DNA of 64,000 bases from Nanobdellota archaeon (GTDB taxonomy: Archaea; Nanobdellota; Nanobdellia; Pacearchaeales; GW2011-AR1), in contig JBBSXC010000003.1 of NCBI GenBank assembly GCA_038045945.1, positions 123,975 to 187,974 of the forward strand, written 5' to 3'. Of the stretch, positions 45,094 through 54,024 are shown in pieces (the stretch's first letter is position 1; each line of letters begins with the position of its first letter). A model generated the notes under the pieces. It saw only the letters and a list, made by a program, of their open reading frames with translations, was not told where the DNA came from and ran no database searches. Both the position numbers and the translations under genes were made by a program.

Positions 45094-46071
45094 ATGCCTT
45101 TTAGTCAAGTGTTAGATAGCACCGATAAAAAGATACTTTACGAGCTTAATTGGAATGCCCGCCAAAGCAACAACTCTATAGCTAAAAAACTAAGGATATC
45201 AAAACAGGTCACTAACTACAGAATTAAGAGAATGGAGAAAGACGGAATAATATCAAGTTATCACGCAGTTATAGATTGGAGAAGACTAGGATACAACGCC
45301 TTGCGAGTTTACATAAAATGGAACAATATAACACTTGAAGAAGAAGCAAAAATTCACGAACATATAAGAAAAGACCCACTTTTTATGTGGTCTATAAAAT
45401 TTGGTGGAGAGATTGATCTAGGATTCTACGTTTGGATAAAAGACATACCATCTTTTTCTAAACAATGGCAAGAATTCATAACAAAATACAAACAATTTAT
45501 ACAAAAATACGAAATTTATGAATCAGTAGAAATGATACATTACCCGATGAAGTTTCTGTGGCCAGAAAAAAAGAATACGGAAGAATTAACAATAGGACAA
45601 GAAAACTTTATTGATTACGATGACAAAGACTACCAAATACTAAAAGCAATAACAATAAACGGCAGAATACCAATACTGGAACTCTCAACAAAGATTAGAC
45701 TAACACCAAAATCAATAATTAACAGAATAAAAAATCTTGAGAAGAAAAAAATAATTGTTGGATACTACACACTAATTAATTCTGAACTAATAGGCTACCA
45801 CTTCTACAAGGTAGACTTTTACCTTAACAACCTAAAAAATATCAAACTAATGAACGACCACGCTAAAAACCATAATAACATTGTTTACAGAATGAACACG
45901 ATTGGAGGACCAGATTTTGAAATTGAAGTAATGGTAGAAAACGTGGATGCTTTAGAAAAGATTATTACAGAAATAAGGAAAAATTTTGCTAAAGACATTA
46001 ACTATTACAGAACTCACAGACTAGAAAAAACTATAAAACAGGTATACTTGCCAGGAGAAAGCACGATATGA
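45094..46071 (+). CDS. Lrp/AsnC-type regulator with two tandem wHTH modules
   Basis: DSTDKKILYELNWNARQSNNSIAKKLRISKQVTNYRIKRMEKDGII and DDKDYQILKAITINGRIPILELSTKIRLTPKSIINRIKNLEKKKII. Confidence 0.7.
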   Translation: MPFSQVLDSTDKKILYELNWNARQSNNSIAKKLRISKQVTNYRIKRMEKDGIISSYHAVIDWRRLGYNALRVYIKWNNITLEEEAKIHEHIRKDPLFMWSIKFGGEIDLGFYVWIKDIPSFSKQWQEFITKYKQFIQKYEIYESVEMIHYPMKFLWPEKKNTEELTIGQENFIDYDDKDYQILKAITINGRIPILELSTKIRLTPKSIINRIKNLEKKKIIVGYYTLINSELIGYHFYKVDFYLNNLKNIKLMNDHAKNHNNIVYRMNTIGGPDFEIEVMVENVDALEKIITEIRKNFAKDINYYRTHRLEKTIKQVYLPGESTI

Positions 46072-46150
46072 GAATAATGAAGATAAGCTTTATAATGACT
46101 TTCAGACTAAATAAACTAATGAAAAGAGGTCTTTTGTAAAAAAGTTCTAG

Positions 46151-47692
46151 ATGGGAATAAAGATTAATGATTTAGAAATGGATTTAAGTCCGGCAGTACC
46201 AGCACTAAAAATGATGAGTGATAAAACTCAAGTAGACATAAGGTACCCTTTAATATCACCATTCGCATACGCGCACATATACTGGAATGAAGAACAAGGA
46301 GAATTACTATACGAATTAGAAGAACCAGTAATCACAGAACAAGAAAAAATAATACTAGAAGAATTAGAAGAAGCAATGAGAGACATAATAAACGTTGATG
46401 TAGTACACGAAAGAGACTTACAATCACTAGTAGAATACACAGACAAAACAGCAAGACTACTAATATCAGAACTAAGCATATCACTAGACGAAGAAACATA
46501 CAACAAACTATTCTACTACTTATTTCGAGACTTCGTAGGACTAAACGAAATAGAAGCAATAATGAAAGACTACTTCATAGAAGACATAGAATGTAACGGA
46601 GTAGACGCACCAATATACATAGTTCACAGAATATACAGAAACATAAAAACAAATATTGTTTACAAAGATATTGAACAATTAGCAAGCTTCGTAGAAAAAC
46701 TAGCACAAAAAGGCGGAAGGTACATATCATACGCAAACCCATTACTAGACGCAACACTACCAGACGGAAGTAGAGTTAACGCAACATACACAAAAGACAT
46801 AACAAGCAGAGGACCAACATTCACAATAAGAAAATTCACAAAGATACCATGGACACCAATAAAACTATTATCATTCAACACGTTAAGCCCTGAGATGTTA
46901 GCATACTTTTGGATACTAGTACAACACAGAGCAAACATACTAATAAGCGGGGGAACAGGAACAGGAAAAACAACCCTACTAAACGCAATAGCATTCTTCA
47001 TACCACCAGAAGCAAGAGTAGTATCAATTGAAGACACAAGAGAATTACAATTATCTAGAGAAAACTGGTTACCAACAGTGGCTAGAAGCGCATTATCAAC
47101 AGGGCAAAGCGTTGGAGAAGTGGATATGTTCTCACTGCTAAAAAACTCTTTCAGACAAAACCCCGATTACGTAATAGTTGGAGAAGTAAGAGGAAAAGAA
47201 GCTTCCGTTTTATTCCAAGGAATGGCATCAGGCCACGCCAGTATGAGCACAATACACGCAGATAGCGTGCAAGGAGTAATAAGAAGACTTGAAACACCAC
47301 CAATAGAATTATCACCAAGCCTTCTAGAAACATTAGACGCAGTAGTAATAATGAGTCATACTGTAGTAAACAAAAAAGAAACAAGACGCCTAAGAGAAGT
47401 CGTAGAAATAGTTGAAATAAACGATCATGGAGAAGCAAAAGTAAACACACCATTCGTATGGAACCCTATAGGAGACACATTCTTCTTCAAAAAAGAAAGC
47501 GTAGTACTAAAAAAAATAGCTTACAAGTATGGAATAACATACGAAGAATTACAAAAAGAGTTCATGCTGAGAACAAGACTAATATACTCACTATACAAAA
47601 AAGGAGTTAACGACTTTGAAGAAATACAAAGGATAATCCTAGACTACTACAAAGACCCTAATTCTGTGCTAAAAAAATACGGAGTAATATAA
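46151..47692 (+). CDS. type IV pilus/archaellum assembly ATPase (FlaI/ArlI/PilB, GspE superfamily)
   Basis: Walker A SGGTGTGKTT, Asp box SIEDTRELQL, Walker B DYVIVGEVRGKEA, His box GHASMSTIHA. Confidence 0.9.
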   Translation: MGIKINDLEMDLSPAVPALKMMSDKTQVDIRYPLISPFAYAHIYWNEEQGELLYELEEPVITEQEKIILEELEEAMRDIINVDVVHERDLQSLVEYTDKTARLLISELSISLDEETYNKLFYYLFRDFVGLNEIEAIMKDYFIEDIECNGVDAPIYIVHRIYRNIKTNIVYKDIEQLASFVEKLAQKGGRYISYANPLLDATLPDGSRVNATYTKDITSRGPTFTIRKFTKIPWTPIKLLSFNTLSPEMLAYFWILVQHRANILISGGTGTGKTTLLNAIAFFIPPEARVVSIEDTRELQLSRENWLPTVARSALSTGQSVGEVDMFSLLKNSFRQNPDYVIVGEVRGKEASVLFQGMASGHASMSTIHADSVQGVIRRLETPPIELSPSLLETLDAVVIMSHTVVNKKETRRLREVVEIVEINDHGEAKVNTPFVWNPIGDTFFFKKESVVLKKIAYKYGITYEELQKEFMLRTRLIYSLYKKGVNDFEEIQRIILDYYKDPNSVLKKYGVI

Positions 47693-47696
47693 AAAC

Positions 47697-47861
47697 ATGG
47701 ATGACAGAAAAATAGAATTAATAACACAACTAGTAGAAACGATGAATGACGACCTAACAAAACTTAAAGAATCATACGAAAAAAAAGATATTGAAAAATT
47801 AAAAAAAATAAAAGAAGAAATGATAAAAATTCAAAAAAAGATAGAAGAAGTAACAAAATGA
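47697..47861 (+). CDS. small coiled-coil protein (54 aa, not in the ORF track)
   Basis: My translation: MDDRKIELITQLVETMNDDLTKLKESYEKKDIEKLKKIKEEMIKIQKKIEEVTK. Starts 4 nt after the ATPase stop. ATGA overlap with the platform gene. Confidence 0.45.
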   Translation: MDDRKIELITQLVETMNDDLTKLKESYEKKDIEKLKKIKEEMIKIQKKIEEVTK

Positions 47862-49180
47862 CACTACAAAACTTATCAGACAACATAAAAAAACAAAGAG
47901 AACTAACAAAAGAACTAAAATACTTTAATGAATACTTAGAAAGAAGACTATCAGATATACCAGAAAGAAAAGATGCAGAGTTAGACTTATTCTCAAGAAC
48001 TATGAATTCTCTAATGACACAACTAAAAATAGTAAACTCATCAATACCAGAACTACTAAAAAATTTATCAATATCACAAAAACTACCAGAAAGCAGGAGT
48101 TACCAAACAAAAGACGAAGTAAAAAACTTAGTAAAAGTAGAATACAACAACTCAAGAAAAAAGTTAGAATCAGTAACACTAAAAAAAGACGATAAACAAA
48201 AATACTTCAAGGAATTAAGAATAAGTTCAGAACTAATAAGCAAACTAAGAGGAAGAATAGAAAAAAAGCCAACAGTTGGAGGAATAAGCTTACAATCACC
48301 AAGTTTGTACGGAAAAATATCAAACTTTTTCTATAGAAAAACATCAAAAAGACTACTAGACAAAGGACACTTCAGAAACCTTAATATTTCTTTAAGAAAA
48401 AGTAATAGCCCATTCATAATAAACACTTACTTATCAATAATGCTATTCACACTAACAATACTATTACCTGTAGGAATAGTAATATCATCAATACTAGCAA
48501 AAATAGGATGGTTAGGATCAGGATTAACAGAAGTAATGGTCTTTAAACAAATAGGAGTAATAATAGGAGTTGAACTAGCGGCATGGATAATAATATATTT
48601 TTCTCCAGCAATGGACGTATCAGCAGCAGCAAAAAAAATAGAACAAGAACTACCATTCGTAACAGTGCACATGGCGGCAATAGCAGGAAGTGGAATAGAA
48701 CCTAGTAAAATATTCTCAATAATAGTAGCAAGTGACGACTACCCAAACGCAAGAAAAGAAATAATAAAAGTCATAAACCAAATAAACTATTACGGTTACG
48801 ACTTGGTAAACGCACTAAAAAACGTAGCTAAAGGAACAAGCAGCGTAAAACTAGCAGAATTATTCAAGGGACTTGCAACAACTATATCAGGAGGAGGCTC
48901 ACTAGAAGCATTCTTACATAAAAGAGCAGAAACACTCCTACTAGACTACAGACTAGACAGAGAAAAATACACTCACATAGCAGAAAACTTCATGAATATT
49001 TACATAGCACTAGTAATAGCAGCACCTATGATATTCTTACTATTACTAATACTAATAGGAATAAGCGGAACGGGACTTAACTACACACCATTCCAACTAA
49101 GCATAATGATAATATCAGGAGTTATAATAATAAACATAATATTCTTAGTAGCAATAAACGCAAAACAACCAACGTACTGA
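47858..49180 (+). CDS. pilus/archaellum platform membrane protein (FlaJ/TadC, T2SSF-like)
   Basis: 440-aa polytopic protein with a cytoplasmic N-domain and two blocks of TM helices, immediately downstream of the ATPase as in archaeal pil/arl loci. Confidence 0.75.
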   Translation: MTLQNLSDNIKKQRELTKELKYFNEYLERRLSDIPERKDAELDLFSRTMNSLMTQLKIVNSSIPELLKNLSISQKLPESRSYQTKDEVKNLVKVEYNNSRKKLESVTLKKDDKQKYFKELRISSELISKLRGRIEKKPTVGGISLQSPSLYGKISNFFYRKTSKRLLDKGHFRNLNISLRKSNSPFIINTYLSIMLFTLTILLPVGIVISSILAKIGWLGSGLTEVMVFKQIGVIIGVELAAWIIIYFSPAMDVSAAAKKIEQELPFVTVHMAAIAGSGIEPSKIFSIIVASDDYPNARKEIIKVINQINYYGYDLVNALKNVAKGTSSVKLAELFKGLATTISGGGSLEAFLHKRAETLLLDYRLDREKYTHIAENFMNIYIALVIAAPMIFLLLLILIGISGTGLNYTPFQLSIMIISGVIIINIIFLVAINAKQPTY

Positions 49181-49244
49181 CAAAGGTTCAAAGGAAACAA
49201 GAGCTATAAAACAATTTAAATATAACAAAAATCTACTAATAAGC

Positions 49245-50480
49245 ATGAAAAGGTTAATGATTTTTATACTAGGACTTATTTTAGTAACAACTCTTGTTAT
49301 GGCTTCACCACCATCACCTCCCTCTCAAGCAGCATGCTCAGTACCAATATGTGATGGAAGAGTCGATACAGGAATTAAAGACAGTAACGGATGCACAATC
49401 TATGACTGCCCAACAACCCCAATAACTTGCTCAATGCCAGCATGTGAAAATTATGAAGTAATGGGCAAAGACCCTAACACAGGATGCTCAATCTATGCTT
49501 GTCAAACAACACCAGGACCAAAATCATGCACAGCACCAATTTGCGAAGGAAGACAAGACAGCGGAAATAAAGATGCTAATGGCTGTCCGATATACACATG
49601 CCAAACACGAAGCAACGATTACGTAAGCGAAACAATAACATGCAAATTTATTGATTCTAAAGAAGAACAAGGATGCTACGCAGTATCAGGAAGCTCAACA
49701 ACAGTAGAAGCTAACACACAAAAAATTACAAGTTGTAAAGGCATAGAAAGTTGCAGTTTCAAATTCAATTCACAAAAAGGAGAAAAAGTAACATGGAAAA
49801 GCACTTGTGGAGGATACGGATACACGACCCAAGATGGTAATGATGAAGAAATAAAGTTTTGTGATACCCAAGAAACAAGACCAGGAGTAACACCAATCGA
49901 GATAAAAGGTGACGGATTCATGATAGCTTACTGGCAATGTCATAACGGTGAAGAACAAAAAGAGTCAGAAGAAGAATGTAAGTCATACGCAGAATGGCAA
50001 AGTAAAGCTTCAGAATCATGCTATAATAAGTGCTCAAATACAAACGGAGTTGACAAATGCGGAGTTAACTCATTCAGCCTAATAAGAGAATGCCACCTAG
50101 AAAAGGAGGATGAAAGCTCAGGCGGAAGCGGTGGAGGCTCATCAGGAAGCGATTCGTCAGACAAATGCCCAGATTACAAAGAAGCATGCGACTTTGGCAA
50201 GGAAAGTGCTTGCAAAATATGGAAAGAAGAATGTGGTATTGACGAAAAAGTAACTATTTGTAAAGATTCATGCTCACTTGACAGCAAGTGTTACCCATTT
50301 GGGTATAGAAAGAGCGGGAATTATTGTTCTGATAGTGGCTCTTTCACAAAACAATTTGAATCAGAATCACAATGCGATAACAACTTTGAGTGTGGAAGCA
50401 ATTTGTGTGTTTCAAACCAGTGCGTAAGTCAAGGACTAATAGAACAAATAATGGCTTGGTTTAAAAGCATATTCGGATAA
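49245..50480 (+). CDS. secreted cysteine-rich repeat protein (candidate surface adhesin)
   Basis: Signal peptide MKRLMIFILGLILVTTLVMA, a PPSPPS linker, dozens of Cys, a GGSGGGSSGS linker, and a C-terminal amphipathic end. Confidence 0.7.
   Translation: MKRLMIFILGLILVTTLVMASPPSPPSQAACSVPICDGRVDTGIKDSNGCTIYDCPTTPITCSMPACENYEVMGKDPNTGCSIYACQTTPGPKSCTAPICEGRQDSGNKDANGCPIYTCQTRSNDYVSETITCKFIDSKEEQGCYAVSGSSTTVEANTQKITSCKGIESCSFKFNSQKGEKVTWKSTCGGYGYTTQDGNDEEIKFCDTQETRPGVTPIEIKGDGFMIAYWQCHNGEEQKESEEECKSYAEWQSKASESCYNKCSNTNGVDKCGVNSFSLIRECHLEKEDESSGGSGGGSSGSDSSDKCPDYKEACDFGKESACKIWKEECGIDEKVTICKDSCSLDSKCYPFGYRKSGNYCSDSGSFTKQFESESQCDNNFECGSNLCVSNQCVSQGLIEQIMAWFKSIFG
49335..49607 (+). repeat. three tandem 27-33-aa Cys-module repeats inside CDS 49245
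   Basis: CSVPICDGRVDTGIKDSNGCTIYDCPT / CSMPACENYEVMGKDPNTGCSIYACQT / CTAPICEGRQDSGNKDANGCPIYTCQT. Confidence 0.8.
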
Positions 50481-50484
50481 AAAA

Positions 50485-50772
50485 ATGGTTAGAATAGAAA
50501 ACCCTCTTGCAATAGCTAGTACATTTCTTGTAATGGGATTATTCTTATTAATAATAGGTTACTTCATATACAGAAAACCAGAAAAATTTATAGGAATACG
50601 TTTCGTTAGAGGAGTGGGAGGGTACAACTTAAGCAATAAAGGTTTCTGGAAAACTTATAATCAAAGGTACGGAAAAGAAAAAGCCATAAAATACATGAAG
50701 ATAAACGGGGCAATACTAATGATTCTTGGAATAATTATGACCGTTTTTGGTATAATAAAGTTCTTTATATAA
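50485..50772 (+). CDS. small membrane protein
   Basis: 95 aa with two TM segments, starting 4 nt after the previous stop. Confidence 0.5.
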   Translation: MVRIENPLAIASTFLVMGLFLLIIGYFIYRKPEKFIGIRFVRGVGGYNLSNKGFWKTYNQRYGKEKAIKYMKINGAILMILGIIMTVFGIIKFFI

Positions 50773-50776
50773 AAAA

Positions 50777-51901
50777 TTATTTGTTATCTACACCTATTGC
50801 TTGGCTAATATTATCATAACCGTCATTAGCAAGAAGCTTTGCTAATCCCTCATTAATTTCACTAATAACACTAGGACCGTTATAAATCATACCAGTAATC
50901 AGTTGAATAAGTGTTGCTCCAAGCTTAATCTTCTCATAAGCATCAATAGCCGTAAAAACGCCACCACAACCAATAATTACGAATCTCTTACCATAATTCT
51001 TGTAAGCAAAAGCAATAAGCCTGTTACTTAGCTCTTTAGTTGGTAAACCACTAAGAGCGCCCTTACGATTAGCCAAAAGTGCTACCTCACTTTTGTCCAA
51101 CCGAGGATTATCCCTATTCTTAGTTAAGTTACCAAAAATTAATCCACTAACATTATGCTTTAATGCAACCTCGCACAAACCCTTAGTCTCAAAAATCGAT
51201 AAATCAGTCGGCATCTTAAGAAAAACAGGTTTACTTATATCAAGTTTATCAATCTTTGATAATAACTTATTAAGCTTCTTAGGAGTAGTAAAGGGTTCAC
51301 CACCAAAAGCGTTAGGACAAGAAACGTTTATTTCATAAAAATCACCCACACCATTATCAACTAGTAACTTTAGGGTATCAAAATAGTCATTAATCCCTTG
51401 CGCTTCATTAACTGTCCTTTCACAATTAGTTTTAGCAACACTAACACCTAAAGGTATAGAGAAAGCCTTATTTTTTAAAGAAAAAACTATTTTTTTTGCG
51501 CCAAGATTCTTAAGCCCCTTATTAACAAGAATAGACTTAGAATTAGGAAGTCTTAGAAGTCTAGGCTTAGGATTACCTTCATAAGAACCCCTAGTTATTG
51601 AACCAATAGTCGAAAAACCAAAACCTACACTAGGAAGAATTTGTGTAAGACGGCCGTTATAATCAAAACCAGCAGATAAACCAATAGGGTTAGAAAAATT
51701 TATTCCAAGAACATTCTGATTTAAAACTTTGTTATTATAAGAAAAAAAACTTTTAGTTAAAGTTTTAGTTAAAATGTTAGAACCTAAACTTTCCCCTATA
51801 GAAACAAAAGAGTCATGAACTACTTCAGGATCAAACTTAAAGAGTATTGGCTTAACTAAAACCCTATAAACAAAACCATTAATTTTTTGACGAATAACCA
51901 T
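50777..51901 (-). CDS. pyrD: dihydroorotate dehydrogenase
   Basis: FKFDPEVVHD N-terminus, GFDYNG, active-site NVSCPN, and GCGGVFTAIDAYEKIKLGATLIQL. Confidence 0.9.
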   Translation of the reverse strand: MVIRQKINGFVYRVLVKPILFKFDPEVVHDSFVSIGESLGSNILTKTLTKSFFSYNNKVLNQNVLGINFSNPIGLSAGFDYNGRLTQILPSVGFGFSTIGSITRGSYEGNPKPRLLRLPNSKSILVNKGLKNLGAKKIVFSLKNKAFSIPLGVSVAKTNCERTVNEAQGINDYFDTLKLLVDNGVGDFYEINVSCPNAFGGEPFTTPKKLNKLLSKIDKLDISKPVFLKMPTDLSIFETKGLCEVALKHNVSGLIFGNLTKNRDNPRLDKSEVALLANRKGALSGLPTKELSNRLIAFAYKNYGKRFVIIGCGGVFTAIDAYEKIKLGATLIQLITGMIYNGPSVISEINEGLAKLLANDGYDNISQAIGVDNK

Positions 51902-51906
51902 TTTTT

Positions 51907-52311
51907 TTATTCAACTATAAGTGTTCCAGTACCCATGCCCATACCACACCTAAAAGTGAATGATCCTTTTTTGTCAGGGGTGAAATTAATAGTATCGCTA
52001 GGCGATGATGATAACTCATCAACACCAAAGTCAGGGATGACAAAACTTCTAAAACAACCACTAACGCTACTATCAAGAGTAATACTAACAGGCAGACCCA
52101 TCTTAACTCTTATAGTATTAGGATAATAATTATAGTTTTTGTAACTAATAACAACTTTTTGAGCATTAGAATCAATAGTGCCGTTATCAGAACCGCCAGA
52201 ATCAGAAGAGTTAGACTTAACAAAGAAAACTATAGCAATAACAACTATTAGAACTAAAGTAGCATACTTCCAAAACTTACTCTTATCAATAGTTATTGTA
52301 TCCTCGCTCAT
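51907..52311 (-). CDS. membrane-anchored cupredoxin-like domain protein
   Basis: N-terminal TM, then PNTIRVKMGLPVSITLDS...FTPDKKGSFTFRCGMGMGTGTLIVE (cupredoxin_1-type C-terminal strand pattern). Confidence 0.6.
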   Translation of the reverse strand: MSEDTITIDKSKFWKYATLVLIVVIAIVFFVKSNSSDSGGSDNGTIDSNAQKVVISYKNYNYYPNTIRVKMGLPVSITLDSSVSGCFRSFVIPDFGVDELSSSPSDTINFTPDKKGSFTFRCGMGMGTGTLIVE

Positions 52312-52994
52312 TATCCAAATAATGCACTCCTAGGCCCGTTTACTATTATCCAAGTAGTTAATGCTATAAGCACAAAAGTTACCATTATAGTACTAAAGTT
52401 GTCATCACTCTTAACAGTGTTCATCTCCCTCATCTCTTTATAAATCATGTAGTTTAAACCAAACATGATTATTGCTGAAACTATGAAAACTATCACTGAT
52501 ATAGCTTTTAAGTTATCATTAAGCATCATCACAGCAGTCATAGGACCCATAAGTCCGCCCATGAATCCAGCCATTGTTCCTTCCATGACCCCCATTATTC
52601 CGCAGCATTTACCGTTATACACTCCCATTGTTATGCCAACTATTAATCCGAAAACACTCCCAACAAACATTCCATTAGTTGCACCAATATAGAATCCTGA
52701 TAAGAAACCAGCAATCATACCAATAGTCATACCAACCATCATACCAGCCATACAACCCATTTCACGATAAGCCCTAACTTGTTTAAGAGTAGGAATAATC
52801 AAAGCATAAGATAAAGCAGCAAAAACTAAGAAGAACCCGTACTTAGGCATAAAGTCAGTTATTGTCTTAAACTTAAAAAAATAGAGCAAACCTAAAAAAA
52901 CTATAGAAGTAATAACTGAATAAACCGCAGTCTTAACTATTTCTCCCTCAACCCTACTACCAAATAATTCTTTACTAAATTGTTTGAATGACAT
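52311..52994 (-). CDS. Met/Gly-rich polytopic membrane protein
   Basis: MGCMAGMMVGMTIGMIAG and GKCCGIMGVMEGTMAGFMGGLMGPM lie inside TM regions. 1-nt overlap with the cupredoxin gene. Confidence 0.55.
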   Translation of the reverse strand: MSFKQFSKELFGSRVEGEIVKTAVYSVITSIVFLGLLYFFKFKTITDFMPKYGFFLVFAALSYALIIPTLKQVRAYREMGCMAGMMVGMTIGMIAGFLSGFYIGATNGMFVGSVFGLIVGITMGVYNGKCCGIMGVMEGTMAGFMGGLMGPMTAVMMLNDNLKAISVIVFIVSAIIMFGLNYMIYKEMREMNTVKSDDNFSTIMVTFVLIALTTWIIVNGPRSALFG

Positions 52995-53026
52995 AAAATA
53001 ATTATTATTCGGACCTATATAAGCCC

Positions 53027-53050
53027 TTTTATGAAACTAGTTTCATAAAA
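53027..53050. promoter_or_regulatory. perfect palindrome TTTTATGAAAC-TA-GTTTCATAAAA
   Basis: 11-bp arms, seen directly. Abuts the stop of gene 53052-53468 and sits just upstream of the TATA (TTATATAGG on the minus strand) of gene 52311-52994. Confidence 0.6.
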
Positions 53051-53051
53051 A

Positions 53052-53468
53052 CTATTTCTTATAAATCCTTAATAATTCTCTCCAAAAGAAGAATCCGATT
53101 ATGGGAAAAGCTAAAGCACTTATTAAACCAGGATAATAACCTCCAACAATAATTGCTTTGTAAAAGTGGTGTAATTCATAGACCATAATAATCCCAGGCA
53201 CTATCATCATTCGTAACTGCCATTTTGGACTTTTAATCATAAAATAAGTAACAATCAAAGCAAGCCAAAACATTATCTGAAAAGTTAAGAAGATTGAAGC
53301 CATAGGTGTCATATTCTTAACAAAGCTAAAGACAAACAATACATGAGAATCTATGTTATAAAAGCCGGTTGCTAATTCTTCAATGCCATGTATAATCCAT
53401 AAAATAATTCCAATTAAAAATAAGTTCTTCAGTTTCTTAGAAATAACAACATCCCTTGAAAATTTCAT
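53052..53468 (-). CDS. HXXEE-domain membrane protein
   Basis: IHGIEE motif in the first TM region. Four TM segments. Confidence 0.6.
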   Translation of the reverse strand: MKFSRDVVISKKLKNLFLIGIILWIIHGIEELATGFYNIDSHVLFVFSFVKNMTPMASIFLTFQIMFWLALIVTYFMIKSPKWQLRMMIVPGIIMVYELHHFYKAIIVGGYYPGLISALAFPIIGFFFWRELLRIYKK

Positions 53469-53947
53469 TTCAACACCACTATATTATTCATTCCTCTTCT
53501 CTTCCGCTCTATGAATCCCCGGTTTTCTAAACGGTCAAGAATTCTAGACATACCAACTTTTGATATCCCAGTCTTATCAATGAGGTCTGCTTGGAAAACT
53601 GCCTTGTTCTCTTTTAGAATCTTAAGTATTTCTTTTTCTTGATTATCAAGATGTGATTCATCAAGTTTCTTAGTTATTATTTTTTCTTTGACTTTCCTTA
53701 TAATAACTCGTTCTTTAGGTTTGTTAAAAACAAGAACAAAACCTATTATTACTAGTACCCCAACTATTGCCAAAGAAAGATAAGTCTGTTGCGTTATGGT
53801 TTCATAAGCTGGACAAAAACCATCCAAGTGTTCAACAGTGCATGTAGAATCAACAATGTCTTTCATGGCAGTGTTGAATAAGAAAATGATACCAATTATC
53901 AAAACAGAAATACCAATAATTAACCAACCAACATTCTTATTCTCCAT
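53465..53947 (-). CDS. membrane-tethered winged-helix (MarR-like) regulator
   Basis: Two TM segments flank an extracytoplasmic loop with CTVEHLDGFC. C-terminal wHTH EILKILKENKAVFQADLIDKTGISKVGMSRILDRLENRGFIERKR. Confidence 0.65.
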   Translation of the reverse strand: MENKNVGWLIIGISVLIIGIIFLFNTAMKDIVDSTCTVEHLDGFCPAYETITQQTYLSLAIVGVLVIIGFVLVFNKPKERVIIRKVKEKIITKKLDESHLDNQEKEILKILKENKAVFQADLIDKTGISKVGMSRILDRLENRGFIERKRRGMNNIVVLK

Positions 53948-54024
53948 GATATAAACACACTAATAATCGTTTAAATAAGTTATGAAATACAAATATAAAA
54001 ACAAAAAAAAGATTAAACTAATAC

